This document shows positions 21,301-29,045 of a stretch of 59,374 bases of DNA, piece by piece. Below the pieces are notes generated by a model, which saw only the letters and a program-made list of their open reading frames with translations, did not search any database and was not told the DNA's origin. Source of the DNA: a virus. Its lineage: Duplodnaviria; Caudoviricetes. A program made the position numbers and the translations under genes. Every line of letters begins with the position of its first letter. Positions within the stretch are counted from its first letter, which is position 1. Location of the stretch: IMG/VR virus record IMGVR_UViG_3300046010_004673, positions 1-59,374 of that record; one strand, written 5' to 3'.

Positions 21301-24242
21301 GAGCAAAACGAGTTCGACCGGGAGCAGTTGGAGATGTCGAAGCCGCAGTTGCGCCAACAGGTGAAGGAGTTGGTGCGCCTCTACAAGGCGCAGAAGCAGC
21401 CCCGTTAATTCGTGAATCCCGCATTGCCCCTCGTCCAGAGGTGCAGTTGCAGGATGCAGCGAAGAAGGCTCAGGCCAACATCGACCGCACCCCCACTGGT
21501 GCGATCCCACTCTACAATTTAAACGCATCGCCTGATGCGCTGTATGTTGCCCAGAATCCTGAGGCTGGCGAACAGTTCGATGCACAAGATTTGATTCGTT
21601 ACTCGCGAACAAACACGCCGCAGTACAGCACTGGCGTACAACAGATCATCGACAAGTTAGCGACTGCCCCGCCAAATCAAACGCCGGGACAAACGGTGAT
21701 TGGTGCAGTGCAGTTGCCGCCACTTCGAAACATGATCGATAAGTTTCGACAGAACTGGATCTTCAACTACTCACGTCTTGAGTATTACAACCAGATGCAT
21801 CCAAGCCTGATCAACAATCTGGCGGATGTCAGTTCGTTGGCTGGCGCTGAGATGGCAGATCGCAGCAAAGCGATCACTGCTTCTGCGATCACAGATGGGG
21901 TTCCCGTATACCGTAATGGAACGGTTCGTGTGGAACCCTTTGTCCATAACAATCGTGAGTACAAAGGACTCATCGATGTGATGGCTCCTCTGTTCAATAA
22001 CCCTTACGGCAACTTGGAAGAACTCGCTCAGTCTTACGCGATCATGGTTCGCAGCATGAGACTGAAAGCGGAAGGCAAACAAGCGCCCGGTGATCCGGCA
22101 GACTTCCCAAGGTTGCAAGCAGAGGTTCGCAGGTTCACCAATCCTGCGACCGGGAACTCGATCATCGAAGAATGGTATGACGCATGGCAGGCGTACAACG
22201 CCTACACCGTGCAATTCCTGCGCGATACCGGAATGATCGATGATGCTGGCGCACAGTTGTGGCTGCAGCAGTCTGACTATGTTCCGTTCTATCGTGAGAC
22301 GGCAGCAAACGCCAAGACTTTCCCGAAGATCTTCGGTGGTTTAACCGCGACCACCCATCTCAAGGCTGTAGGTAAAAGCGAAGAAGCCATTAACATTCCT
22401 TTGCTTGAAGCAGTGCTGACCAATCTTGATGCCGCGATTGGCATGGGCATGAGGAACGTGGCACAGCAGCGCATCGTTCGCGACATGATCCAGATTGGTA
22501 TGGGCCGCATGGTGCAGCCCGGTCAGGCTATCGAAGGTCAGAACACTGTCACCTTCAAAGTTGCAGGCAAGAAGTACACCGCGTTCATTGATGATCCGTT
22601 GATCTTCGAATCCATGCAGGCCATGCCTGACATGGGTGCAGCAGGTCTTCTGGAAGATGTATTCAGGGTTCCCGCAACCGTACTCCGCGAACTGATTGTG
22701 CGTGAGCCGGGATACATGATCGCCAACATGCTGCGCGATACCGCATCTGTAGCCCTGACAAGCGGCGCAAACATCATCCCTGTCTACGATACGGTTCGCA
22801 ATTTCAACAGCGGCCTAGAGAATCTGCGTCGGTATGGCGTGGTCGGTGGCTATGACTTCGCCCGTGATCCTGAAGATATGGTTTCGTATCTGGCTGATGA
22901 AGCCAAGAAGCGCGGACATCAGATCCCGGTGGACTACGACAGCAAACTGAAAGGCTTTGCGAAGTCCAAGTACATGCGCCCGTTGATGGCAGCATGGGAT
23001 GCACTCGGTGGAATCTCCGACAAAGCCGAAGCATCAACCCGTAACGCTGTGTATCAGGACACACTGAAGCGCACAGGCAACGAAGCCGAAGCGGTATATC
23101 AGGCTTTGTCTGTGATCAACTACGGACGGCGCGGAAGATATCCTGCAATCAGAGCCATCACTGCATCGGTTCCATTCTTGAATGCTCGCATCCAAGGTCT
23201 CGATAAGTTGTATCAGGCTGGCACTGGAACATCTGGAAAGTTTAAAGATCGCCGCAAAAACATTGGCAACTTTGCATTCCGTGCTGGACTCATGGTTGGA
23301 CTCACGGGTTTGTACTATGCGCTCGTCTCTGACGATGAAGAGTACAAGAACGCCAACCCTGAGGTAGTGGATAACTACTACATCTTGCCGGTGAAGAACG
23401 GCGACCCCGCGAAGGGTGAGAAAGGTCTGGCGATTCGTATCCCGATTCCGTTCGAAGTGGGTCTGTTGTTCAAGACTATCCCCGAGCGAATCATGCGTCG
23501 GTACTACGATGTCGATGTGGCACGGGACACAGAACAGTCACTGAAACGTGCTGTGTTTTCTACTCTTGCGTTTAACCCTGTTCCGCAGGCGGTGCTGCCG
23601 ATTGCGGAAGTCATTGCCAATTACGATACGTTCACGGGTCGAACCATCATCCCCCCGTACATGGATGAACGAATGGCGGCTGAGTATCAGGCTCGGTTTG
23701 GAACCAATGAGTTTGCCCGTATGTTGGGCGAAGCCACTGGCTTCTCTCCCATCAAGATCGATCATCTGATGAATGGTTACTTGGGAACCATCGGTACTTA
23801 CACACTGGATGCTATTGACCATGTGTTGCGTGACACTGATCGGATGTATCCGACACGGGAACCCTATCAGTATCCGTTCGTGCGTCGGTTCTTTGCAGAC
23901 AGCAATCAGCCGGGACTACAAACTCAGTACTACGATCTTTACAAGGAAGTGGGCAAGGTCACCAACACCATTCGTTCGCTGCGAGAAGACGGGCGCGTCG
24001 ATGAACTGAATGCCTATCTCATGGAGAACCAATCCATACTTGGCATCAAGTCAGGGGTGGATGTCCTCAACAAGCGGATGAAACAGTATCGCGATCAGAA
24101 GGAAGCGGTACTCAAATCCACGCTTGATCCTGAGGTGAAGAAGGAACTGATCGATGATCTGGATGCCAGCATCAATCAGACCCTGCAAGTGGTTCCCATC
24201 CTGAAGAGAGCGGCATACAGTGAGCAGAGACAAGCAGGCTAG
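15393..24242 (+). CDS. Large polyvalent protein (2949 aa): zincin HExxH, ART-like, ASCH-like, HhH-glycosylase-like and LPD38-like domains
   Basis: HEIVH at 18138; PLVYYHGT...VPVYVKAENP...AVFDPSQVKSAIGNNG; ADEIIDGNKKYETR; GPKIG...VTIDMW; IRIPIPFEVG...ANYDTFTGRTI...SPIKIDHL. Confidence 0.75.
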   Translation: MATIADIRKKYPQYNDLSDRELAEGFHRNFYSDIPFDDFAQRIGLEERTVLGQIGQTFKAVPRGIANTVLSTGEGLAELADAATNLVGAEGLIDSGDENALVKASREGRDWIANSALGADPSYQDAWFTKFGEGAGSMLTFLAPVGILRGLGAAGKAIPKLGTSARELALTGTLATGSGAGEQAQRVEAARAQGLEVTQGEEDAAVGLGGLIGLSEIAPIASILKRVPKNVTPAQKSRILDLLQKSIRGGAEEAVQESAAGLLQDFTEKGIYNPDLAVGESFWDDLTVGGAVGAFADFVVNAAAGRRSFITTEAQREYEAQARQREQANIEKIRQSLATEAERRANIQADPEGFTKAAAQAQAAAAGVAPPTGEGPPVQRGGAYARAISNQLGDYFPTNTKFEVKPGPSKQGPEGQTLTTHVVVDSAGNQYGQALDSYEEAIGLAYGLNTEVIDQQVRGQVLNTLETSGQAYDQVTADTLTRYGVQILSPDRNLITSAAINEAAGTTADKGYIENYGFQTILNGEKTKDGYVVQGPNQRPVTVPGLTLSQQINQKRKEQGLPETQTFTVDEAREALGDKFERLTDINVAAIPDNLSYTATVINGKPSVVSAANEVFTSRFASAEDSEASGKNEDGTPKIKVGQKIELKSLEDAQAFAERKNKEAAKGQGLSTQEINEILKGKKTLNDEITRLLKSKNIGSEIDTPEIKTLFKSIVGKESLADMSFGEQRLLYARLRTLPMFEATTKLPVFEAKPYTRDNFLAASKFVQDANSLGQSITDDQIAQAAGILPNDERKDVKVEAIKAELVKQGVPVTKAVKPVLALPAPTGTTDTYNFLREEIRKKMKGFGLDDIATRIDQTLLNFGDPVRYMQEMGAETEGYYNPFLREITLAVDRIDPQKTLTPEQRVNALADVLNHEIVHPVRELDLWTGQEWDTLSNAAARLKRKDEQGKDTGQTYLEWARQNYADQSPLVQEEESVADLSRQAKKFGAKAVAGKPKVLADKLFKFFDRLDNSFRGAGFQSYSDILDRLQSGEVGARTRGEIRTLRATEAEMAQQGVLPERFSDYQPILATPVVRNQEREKKKVEVQQKAQAAGVTDFNPNALEGAAIRESRRAIENIPKTIDVDGVVKLTDDSEGRAIYSGYEGPELFGMETAPTQQGLRNFWNWFGNSKAVDNSKRPLVYYHGTAGDITAFRPKQAGSVFITRNPEFAKTFSDLSSEYMIDNFTDFISNQEVLNVLNESMRSSTTPKFYDKLEAIQKKVSAAVQSGQPLSGNLLSDIKDLYQTSGVSSKMVESIKSRMPTNANIVPVYVKAENPFDYENKQHIRDVLKKIDETSALELDSGQIEGLKKGDWTAVESPVILNAIKSLGFDSMYVEEMDEKNLAVFDPSQVKSAIGNNGQFGPTPSIRESRISSPGLFEQADIGINVRSDQKSGLRYADEIIDGNKKYETRDSDSLRPYVGKRIAIVRTGEGTAKAIGEVTVGEPILVNETQFNEMRSEHLVPAGSTFDIKPGSKKYLYPMLNPVRFDEEKDVGAGIVARKVIDKSAGIRESRRSPNVVSLMSNQEQPPRKLTGKTQVAQFLQDRALEALGGRPRNLNNETDRDAIADDLVEEALYEMEAQKNALEWYDSTIERTIEMMSLRHPEIKTDPNARTAFLVSLAVTSQNLAVPDNLKYSEEVYNHFKRNRRFPEKGFGSKAGSIKRNFEKANMLIDELGSMEAFTDFLQTEFTVGQLNPILKGHLGKKAKVGGELVGAKVYGSAVFGPKIGNGFYTNLRGDFSPVTIDMWFMRTIGRLRGKVMDFDEKKFGKQLERLAKAEGMEGASVDDLVARATQLQKQHEKDFKQFRAEYDAGIRKKSEATNAAITIVKSLKATRDAPSTGTERDQLRDIVNRAVNKMRDRTGQDISPAAFQALIWYPEQDLYKKLGVKLKHVRQDYANSTKQFLRREGIDERELKRAEDRVRSRRQRGAKRVRPGAVGDVEAAVAPTGEGVGAPLQGAEAAPLIRESRIAPRPEVQLQDAAKKAQANIDRTPTGAIPLYNLNASPDALYVAQNPEAGEQFDAQDLIRYSRTNTPQYSTGVQQIIDKLATAPPNQTPGQTVIGAVQLPPLRNMIDKFRQNWIFNYSRLEYYNQMHPSLINNLADVSSLAGAEMADRSKAITASAITDGVPVYRNGTVRVEPFVHNNREYKGLIDVMAPLFNNPYGNLEELAQSYAIMVRSMRLKAEGKQAPGDPADFPRLQAEVRRFTNPATGNSIIEEWYDAWQAYNAYTVQFLRDTGMIDDAGAQLWLQQSDYVPFYRETAANAKTFPKIFGGLTATTHLKAVGKSEEAINIPLLEAVLTNLDAAIGMGMRNVAQQRIVRDMIQIGMGRMVQPGQAIEGQNTVTFKVAGKKYTAFIDDPLIFESMQAMPDMGAAGLLEDVFRVPATVLRELIVREPGYMIANMLRDTASVALTSGANIIPVYDTVRNFNSGLENLRRYGVVGGYDFARDPEDMVSYLADEAKKRGHQIPVDYDSKLKGFAKSKYMRPLMAAWDALGGISDKAEASTRNAVYQDTLKRTGNEAEAVYQALSVINYGRRGRYPAIRAITASVPFLNARIQGLDKLYQAGTGTSGKFKDRRKNIGNFAFRAGLMVGLTGLYYALVSDDEEYKNANPEVVDNYYILPVKNGDPAKGEKGLAIRIPIPFEVGLLFKTIPERIMRRYYDVDVARDTEQSLKRAVFSTLAFNPVPQAVLPIAEVIANYDTFTGRTIIPPYMDERMAAEYQARFGTNEFARMLGEATGFSPIKIDHLMNGYLGTIGTYTLDAIDHVLRDTDRMYPTREPYQYPFVRRFFADSNQPGLQTQYYDLYKEVGKVTNTIRSLREDGRVDELNAYLMENQSILGIKSGVDVLNKRMKQYRDQKEAVLKSTLDPEVKKELIDDLDASINQTLQVVPILKRAAYSEQRQAG

Positions 24243-24576
24243 TCGGTACCTTGGCAAGGTCAAGGAACTCGACTGCGCTCTGTGTACGCTCTTGGGTCAA
24301 GGCCAGACCTCTGTCACCGAAGCCCACCACATCCGCACAGGGCATGGACTCGGCGACCGCGCAAGCGATTACCTGACTGTCGCTCTGTGTGTGGAATGTC
24401 ACCGTGGAACCCATGGATTCCATGGCACCAAAGCACTGATGAAGATCGCCAAACTATCCGAACTGGATCTGTTGGCTGAAACGATCCGCATGCTGGATGA
24501 AAAAAAGGGGGCTGGATTACAGCCCCCGAACTTTGCAGAAGATACCAACATGGACAGAGGAGCAACCGCTGTCTAG
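24220..24576 (+). CDS. Ref-like HNH/Zn-finger nuclease (recombination enhancement function family)
   Basis: CALC...EAHHIRTGHG...RASDYLTVALC..CHRG..GFH. Confidence 0.7.
   Translation: MSRDKQASRYLGKVKELDCALCTLLGQGQTSVTEAHHIRTGHGLGDRASDYLTVALCVECHRGTHGFHGTKALMKIAKLSELDLLAETIRMLDEKKGAGLQPPNFAEDTNMDRGATAV
24500..24527 (-). terminator. Intrinsic terminator for the leftward operon
   Basis: On the minus strand GGGGGCTG-taatc-CAGCCCCC followed by a T-tract, at the convergence point. Confidence 0.7.
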
Positions 24577-24583
24577 ATTGAGT

Positions 24584-24916
24584 CTAATCTGATTGTTCAG
24601 ACCACACAACATCGTGGTCGATACCGAACGCAATGATCATGTCGATCATGTCCGCCATCTCTTGCTTGGACATGCCTGAGGTAGGTTCCCCAAGGAACAC
24701 CATGCCTCCCTCGATCCCCGGCACCATCCGCTGTTTGCGTAGTGCTGCAGTGAAGATCCATTTCCAATCCCGTTTAGACAGTCTCTGTCCGTACCATTCG
24801 ACCTGATCCGAGATATCCCCCAGCATCGCCCACATCATGGCGTTCTGACCAAGTGTTCTACGGTTCTTCTTGATGACTGTCCCGATCAAGGACTCCAAGT
24901 TCTGTTCCATGGTCAT
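24584..24916 (-). CDS. ninB: NinB/Orf-family recombination protein
   Basis: RTLGQNAMMWAMLGDISDQVEWYG...DWKWIFTA...VPGIEGG...TSGMSKQEM; start chosen from the ATGA overlap. Confidence 0.75.
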   Translation of the reverse strand: MTMEQNLESLIGTVIKKNRRTLGQNAMMWAMLGDISDQVEWYGQRLSKRDWKWIFTAALRKQRMVPGIEGGMVFLGEPTSGMSKQEMADMIDMIIAFGIDHDVVWSEQSD

Positions 24917-25461
24917 GTCTCCGCAGAGAACCAATCGGTTTGCCTCTTCAGGAACTTCGGCCATTCCGGTTTTGCAAAAGACTTGTCATGCATCAGAAGG
25001 TGGTTAGTCGGCTGTGCAGTGAACCTTCCAAGGCTGGGGAGTGAGAAGAAATAGAACTCCTTAGCCTGTTCTGGTTCAGCACTGAACCCGTCCCCGATAG
25101 GGACAAGGGTAAAGAGGTAATCACCTATCACCTCTAACCGATTCTGGAGGCGCACAGTGGCTTGCATGCCCGAGACGAAGGGGTACTCAAGGGTCGAGAA
25201 CTGCCAGCCATAAGCGTCCCATGTTGCAGCATCCGCAGGTTCCCAAGGCACCGCTTTGGGGGACAGCGCCAACTGGTGCAGCCCCACGTTCCTGTAGATG
25301 GCACCGCATTCGAGCATGACATGGCAACCAAACGCCCGTCCCGGCCATACGTTTAAACCAAACCAGACAGCCCGCATCCAGTCATGTTCCCCGCAAGCGT
25401 TGGGTTCCAGCCAGACGTACTGGTGTTTGGGTAATGGGCCTGAGCCTGTGGATAACGTCAT
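24913..25461 (-). CDS. Hypothetical protein
   Basis: Translationally coupled ORF; CHVMLECGAIYRN motif. Confidence 0.6.
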   Translation of the reverse strand: MTLSTGSGPLPKHQYVWLEPNACGEHDWMRAVWFGLNVWPGRAFGCHVMLECGAIYRNVGLHQLALSPKAVPWEPADAATWDAYGWQFSTLEYPFVSGMQATVRLQNRLEVIGDYLFTLVPIGDGFSAEPEQAKEFYFFSLPSLGRFTAQPTNHLLMHDKSFAKPEWPKFLKRQTDWFSAET

Positions 25462-25655
25462 TGCTGACTCTCTTTCCAGATCTGGATGTCGTACTTCTTG
25501 ATGCCGCGCCGCAGTGCTGTGCCAAGGACTGATTGGCTGATGCCCCATGCATCACGCAGATCCTTGTATTGCACCCGCTCTCCGTACTTCTCGGCTTCCG
25601 CTTTGCGTTGCATAAGTTGTTTGTATTGTTCCAGTGTGAGCCGTGGTTCTTTCAT
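25458..25655 (-). CDS. Small HTH-like protein
   Basis: YKDLRDAWGISQSVLGTALRRG resembles a helix-turn-helix. Confidence 0.5.
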   Translation of the reverse strand: MKEPRLTLEQYKQLMQRKAEAEKYGERVQYKDLRDAWGISQSVLGTALRRGIKKYDIQIWKESQQ

Positions 25656-25888
25656 GTCTCACCCCTCGCCCGAATTGCGGCGGCTATCTCAAATGCATTC
25701 TTGTCATCAATATCAAAATTACCTAGCAGCACTTCTATACATTTCTCTCGTTCTGCAGCGGCAACGAGGGCGGCGAAGCGTTCAAGGTTTTCTAAGTTTG
25801 GAATACGCACAACGTATCCAGCGCCGTCTTTAACGCGCTCATGCAAATCAGCCTGTCGCGCCATGCGGATGATGTCGTCGCGGGTCAT
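25652..25888 (-). CDS. Hypothetical phage protein
   Basis: MTRDDIIRMA...LERFAALVAAAEREKC...AAAIRARG; coupled overlaps at both ends. Confidence 0.65.
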   Translation of the reverse strand: MTRDDIIRMARQADLHERVKDGAGYVVRIPNLENLERFAALVAAAEREKCIEVLLGNFDIDDKNAFEIAAAIRARGET

Positions 25889-26076
25889 CTTGGTTTCCTC
25901 TTGCGCTTTAGTTTCTGATTTTCTTCTCGCAAATACCTGATCTCTTGGGCGCACCGTTTAAGCAGTTCGCTAATCAAGATAAACTCTGTTTCAGTGGTGA
26001 TGGCGTTGATGGTGTTCTTGTCTTCTTCGCACCAGCCAAGAACCTCAAGAATATCTTCGCGCTTCCAGTTCATCAT
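25885..26076 (-). CDS. Hypothetical protein
   Basis: Coupled ORF in the operon. Confidence 0.5.
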   Translation of the reverse strand: MMNWKREDILEVLGWCEEDKNTINAITTETEFILISELLKRCAQEIRYLREENQKLKRKRKPR

Positions 26077-26273
26077 TCTTTGTTCCGCAGATGCTCTATC
26101 TCAGCCTTCAATGTGTTGATTTCCTGCGCCAATACATTTGCTTCGAATGACATTCCTGCTTTGCGAATCGCAGCCAGACATTCATCGATCTTCACTTGCT
26201 GGGAATATCGCCACGGCATTCTCGCCATTTCTTGCGCCCATGATCCCGGCGGTGAATCGTTGTCAATTGTCAT
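26073..26273 (-). CDS. Hypothetical protein
   Basis: Coupled ORF in the operon. Confidence 0.5.
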   Translation of the reverse strand: MTIDNDSPPGSWAQEMARMPWRYSQQVKIDECLAAIRKAGMSFEANVLAQEINTLKAEIEHLRNKE

Positions 26274-26718
26274 TGTGCTTCCAAGTATAAGTCAGTATGT
26301 TGTTCTTTTCACCAGTCAATTGGAAACCCATTTTTTCATGCAGTCGAATAGATGGAATGTTGTCCTTCCAAATTTCTGCAATCAACACAGGATATTCCTC
26401 CTGCGATTCTTTGATCATTTGTTTGGCAATGCCTTTGTTTCGATACTTCTCATCCACCACTTCCGTGATGAATGCCGCGCTTTTGAACTGCCCTTCAGAT
26501 ACAACAATCGTTCTTTTAATCAGCATGTACCCAGAAATCTTTTTGTCTGTGAATGAAACAAAGACATGAAAATTTTTAGGCTTAAATAAAAAGAACTTGA
26601 TCTGCTCTAGCAAACCAATCTTTCTACGAGTGCCAGTCAAGTTCTGAAAGTTTGCGTTACGAATCTTTCTGATCTTCAGGTATTCGCCCAATAGGATTGC
26701 CGGAACAATGACGGTCAT
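26263..26718 (-). CDS. GNAT N-acetyltransferase (PseH/WecD-like context)
   Basis: VDEKYRNKGIAK (motif A); NIPSIRLHEKMGF. Confidence 0.85.
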   Translation of the reverse strand: MTVIVPAILLGEYLKIRKIRNANFQNLTGTRRKIGLLEQIKFFLFKPKNFHVFVSFTDKKISGYMLIKRTIVVSEGQFKSAAFITEVVDEKYRNKGIAKQMIKESQEEYPVLIAEIWKDNIPSIRLHEKMGFQLTGEKNNILTYTWKHNDN

Positions 26719-27620
26719 GACTGCCCCTGAAGATAATTCTTTACGTCCAACTTAAAGTAGTCGAAGAAGTTCACATCGCCACCGATCTTCGCCTTCATGG
26801 TTCCTTTCTTAAAATGAAACAAGTAAGGCTTGCCCTTGAGATAAAAGAACTCCGGCTTGAAGATATCCTTGAGGTACGACAACAGGAACTTGTGTGTAAA
26901 CACATCGGAGTCTTTGGCAAACACATACTCCAAAGCCTGATGGGTCATGCCGTACTTCTTGGGGAACGATGTCACCTCATGTCCGGTGTCCATCCAGTTC
27001 AATGAGCCAAGAGGCATGTTCAGTTCTTCTGCCATCTCATTGGTGTTGATGAATCTGAAAGGCAGGTTCTCTGCGTTCAAGAAATCATCGAACCTTGTCA
27101 CAGGACCATCACTTAGAACGCGGTTCAACGAAGTGCAGCGGATCGCAAAGAACCCAAGGTTAGGAATCCCTTGATACTTCCGCATCTTCTGCATGGCAAT
27201 CCATGGTGCGAGTCCATCGGTGGGATCTTTCGCAAACCCCAATTCAATAGGCGCATAAGGTGTACCGAAGAAATCATGGATAGCCAACACATCCCGTATA
27301 TCATCGTCCCAACCTTTCTTCAGGAACGCCATGTCGTAGTCTGAGAAGATCACGATGTCGCCCATCGCCTGTCTTGCCAGTACATTGATGGCAGAAGAAT
27401 GGTTAGCCGAAGCCACGAACGGACCCTTCGAATAAGCCGGTGCTTGGATAGTGGCATCGGGCTGATTCTTCATGGCAAGGATCGCCGCAAGATCATGGTC
27501 TGTGTGGTAAGACACCGTGACTTTGACGGGCTGAGAAGCAAGGCTGCGTAGGTTCTGCAGATAGAAGTCGAGGCAATGGATGCCATCGGCTACCGCAGGG
27601 ATACAGAGTTCGATGTTCAT
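26715..27620 (-). CDS. Putative GT-A glycosyltransferase
   Basis: HSSAIN...IVIFSDYDMAFL (DxD); C-terminal HFKKG; cluster context. Confidence 0.55.
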   Translation of the reverse strand: MNIELCIPAVADGIHCLDFYLQNLRSLASQPVKVTVSYHTDHDLAAILAMKNQPDATIQAPAYSKGPFVASANHSSAINVLARQAMGDIVIFSDYDMAFLKKGWDDDIRDVLAIHDFFGTPYAPIELGFAKDPTDGLAPWIAMQKMRKYQGIPNLGFFAIRCTSLNRVLSDGPVTRFDDFLNAENLPFRFINTNEMAEELNMPLGSLNWMDTGHEVTSFPKKYGMTHQALEYVFAKDSDVFTHKFLLSYLKDIFKPEFFYLKGKPYLFHFKKGTMKAKIGGDVNFFDYFKLDVKNYLQGQS

Positions 27621-28759
27621 TACCATCCTCCGCGAATCACTTCGCAGATCCGGCTGACATCCTTTTCATCCATCTTGGTATGAAGGGGCAGGATCAAATA
27701 GTTGTCATCGATGGAGTCCATACGCGGGAACTCGCCTTGGGAACCAAAGACCGAGTACCGATCATTGCGGTAATGGGTTTGACCAGACTCGATCCCATGC
27801 TCGCGCAACTTGAGTTGTAAGTTTAAACGGTCTTCAGCAATGATCGTGAACAGCCACGCTGCATGGAATTTCCGTGGGCTGTAGTCGTCCACGATCCTGA
27901 TCCCGCTGACCGTTTTGAGTTCGTTCAAGTACTGCTTGTAGAGAAAGCGACGGTGATACAGCACTTCGTCTATGCCCTGAAGCCCCGCTAAACCGATTGC
28001 AGCAGAGATGTCGGTCATCTGGTACTTGTACCCCACCTCGTGGATGTCGTTCTCCCAAACGCCTTTCTGCTTGTCTTCGCGGTTGATCCCGAACCAACGG
28101 AGCCGCTTGGCCAAAGGTTCCAGCGAAGCGTCCTTGAAGGTCAGCATGCCGCCGTCCCCGGTGGTCATGTGCTTGATCGCTTGGAACGAGTACATGGTGA
28201 ACTCAGAGAGGTTCCCCACAGGGATGCCATCGAACGCTGCGCCCAGCGCATGGGCTGCGTCTTCGATCACCGGGATACCCCAGTCATCTGCCACTATCCG
28301 GATCTCTTCCATGTCGCAGGGCAGACCACCGTAATGCACCACCACAATCGCCTTGGTGCGGCTATTGATCTTGTCCCGAAGATCGGTGACCGACATGTTC
28401 AAGGTCAGCGGATTCACGTCCACGAACACCGGCTTGGCCCCGATATAGAGCAGCGGCAGATTGGTCGCAGTACAGGTGAAGAGCGGACACAGCACCTCAT
28501 CGCCGGGGCCAATGCCCGCCATGAGATAGGCAATGTGCAGCGCGTCAGTCCCGGAACCCACTGCAATGCACGGTCCTTGCTGTCGGAACTTATGTTTAAA
28601 CTCTAGTTCGAACTGATCAACCTTCGGACCTTGGCCGATCCACCGGGTATTCAGTACCTCGGTCACCATCCTCGATGCGTTACGGGGAACGTGCGGATGG
28701 AACAGCACTACGCCCTCTGAGGTTTGCATCAGGGGCATATCGTTCTTGGGTTCAGCCAT
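27620..28759 (-). CDS. DegT/DnrJ/EryC1/StrS PLP-dependent sugar aminotransferase
   Basis: GSGTDALHIA; VIEDAAHALG; YSFQAIKHMTTGDGG (PLP lysine); ILPLH. Confidence 0.93.
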   Translation of the reverse strand: MAEPKNDMPLMQTSEGVVLFHPHVPRNASRMVTEVLNTRWIGQGPKVDQFELEFKHKFRQQGPCIAVGSGTDALHIAYLMAGIGPGDEVLCPLFTCTATNLPLLYIGAKPVFVDVNPLTLNMSVTDLRDKINSRTKAIVVVHYGGLPCDMEEIRIVADDWGIPVIEDAAHALGAAFDGIPVGNLSEFTMYSFQAIKHMTTGDGGMLTFKDASLEPLAKRLRWFGINREDKQKGVWENDIHEVGYKYQMTDISAAIGLAGLQGIDEVLYHRRFLYKQYLNELKTVSGIRIVDDYSPRKFHAAWLFTIIAEDRLNLQLKLREHGIESGQTHYRNDRYSVFGSQGEFPRMDSIDDNYLILPLHTKMDEKDVSRICEVIRGGW

Positions 28760-29045
28760 TGTTCTTTGCCTCGTATTCAGCGCGGATTCTGGCCATCGCT
28801 TCTTCACGCACAGTGTCACGGACCAGTGCAATCAGTTTGCACATGACATGGCTTTCGGTTTTCTCTTGGTTTGCTTTGGTCAGTTCATCGAACTGTGCAG
28901 CGAACGCATCAACCATCTGCCAATCGATGTATTCGAGTTGCAGGTTGTCACCGATCCTTGCCCACACCGTTTCTTGTGCGGGAACCTTGATCTTGTCTTC
29001 TTCTTTGATGTCGAGGTAAGAGACATCATCATCTTGATCAGCCAT
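28752..29045 (-). CDS. Hypothetical protein
   Basis: MADQDDDV... with AGGAG RBS; overlaps both neighbours. Confidence 0.55.
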   Translation of the reverse strand: MADQDDDVSYLDIKEEDKIKVPAQETVWARIGDNLQLEYIDWQMVDAFAAQFDELTKANQEKTESHVMCKLIALVRDTVREEAMARIRAEYEAKNNG

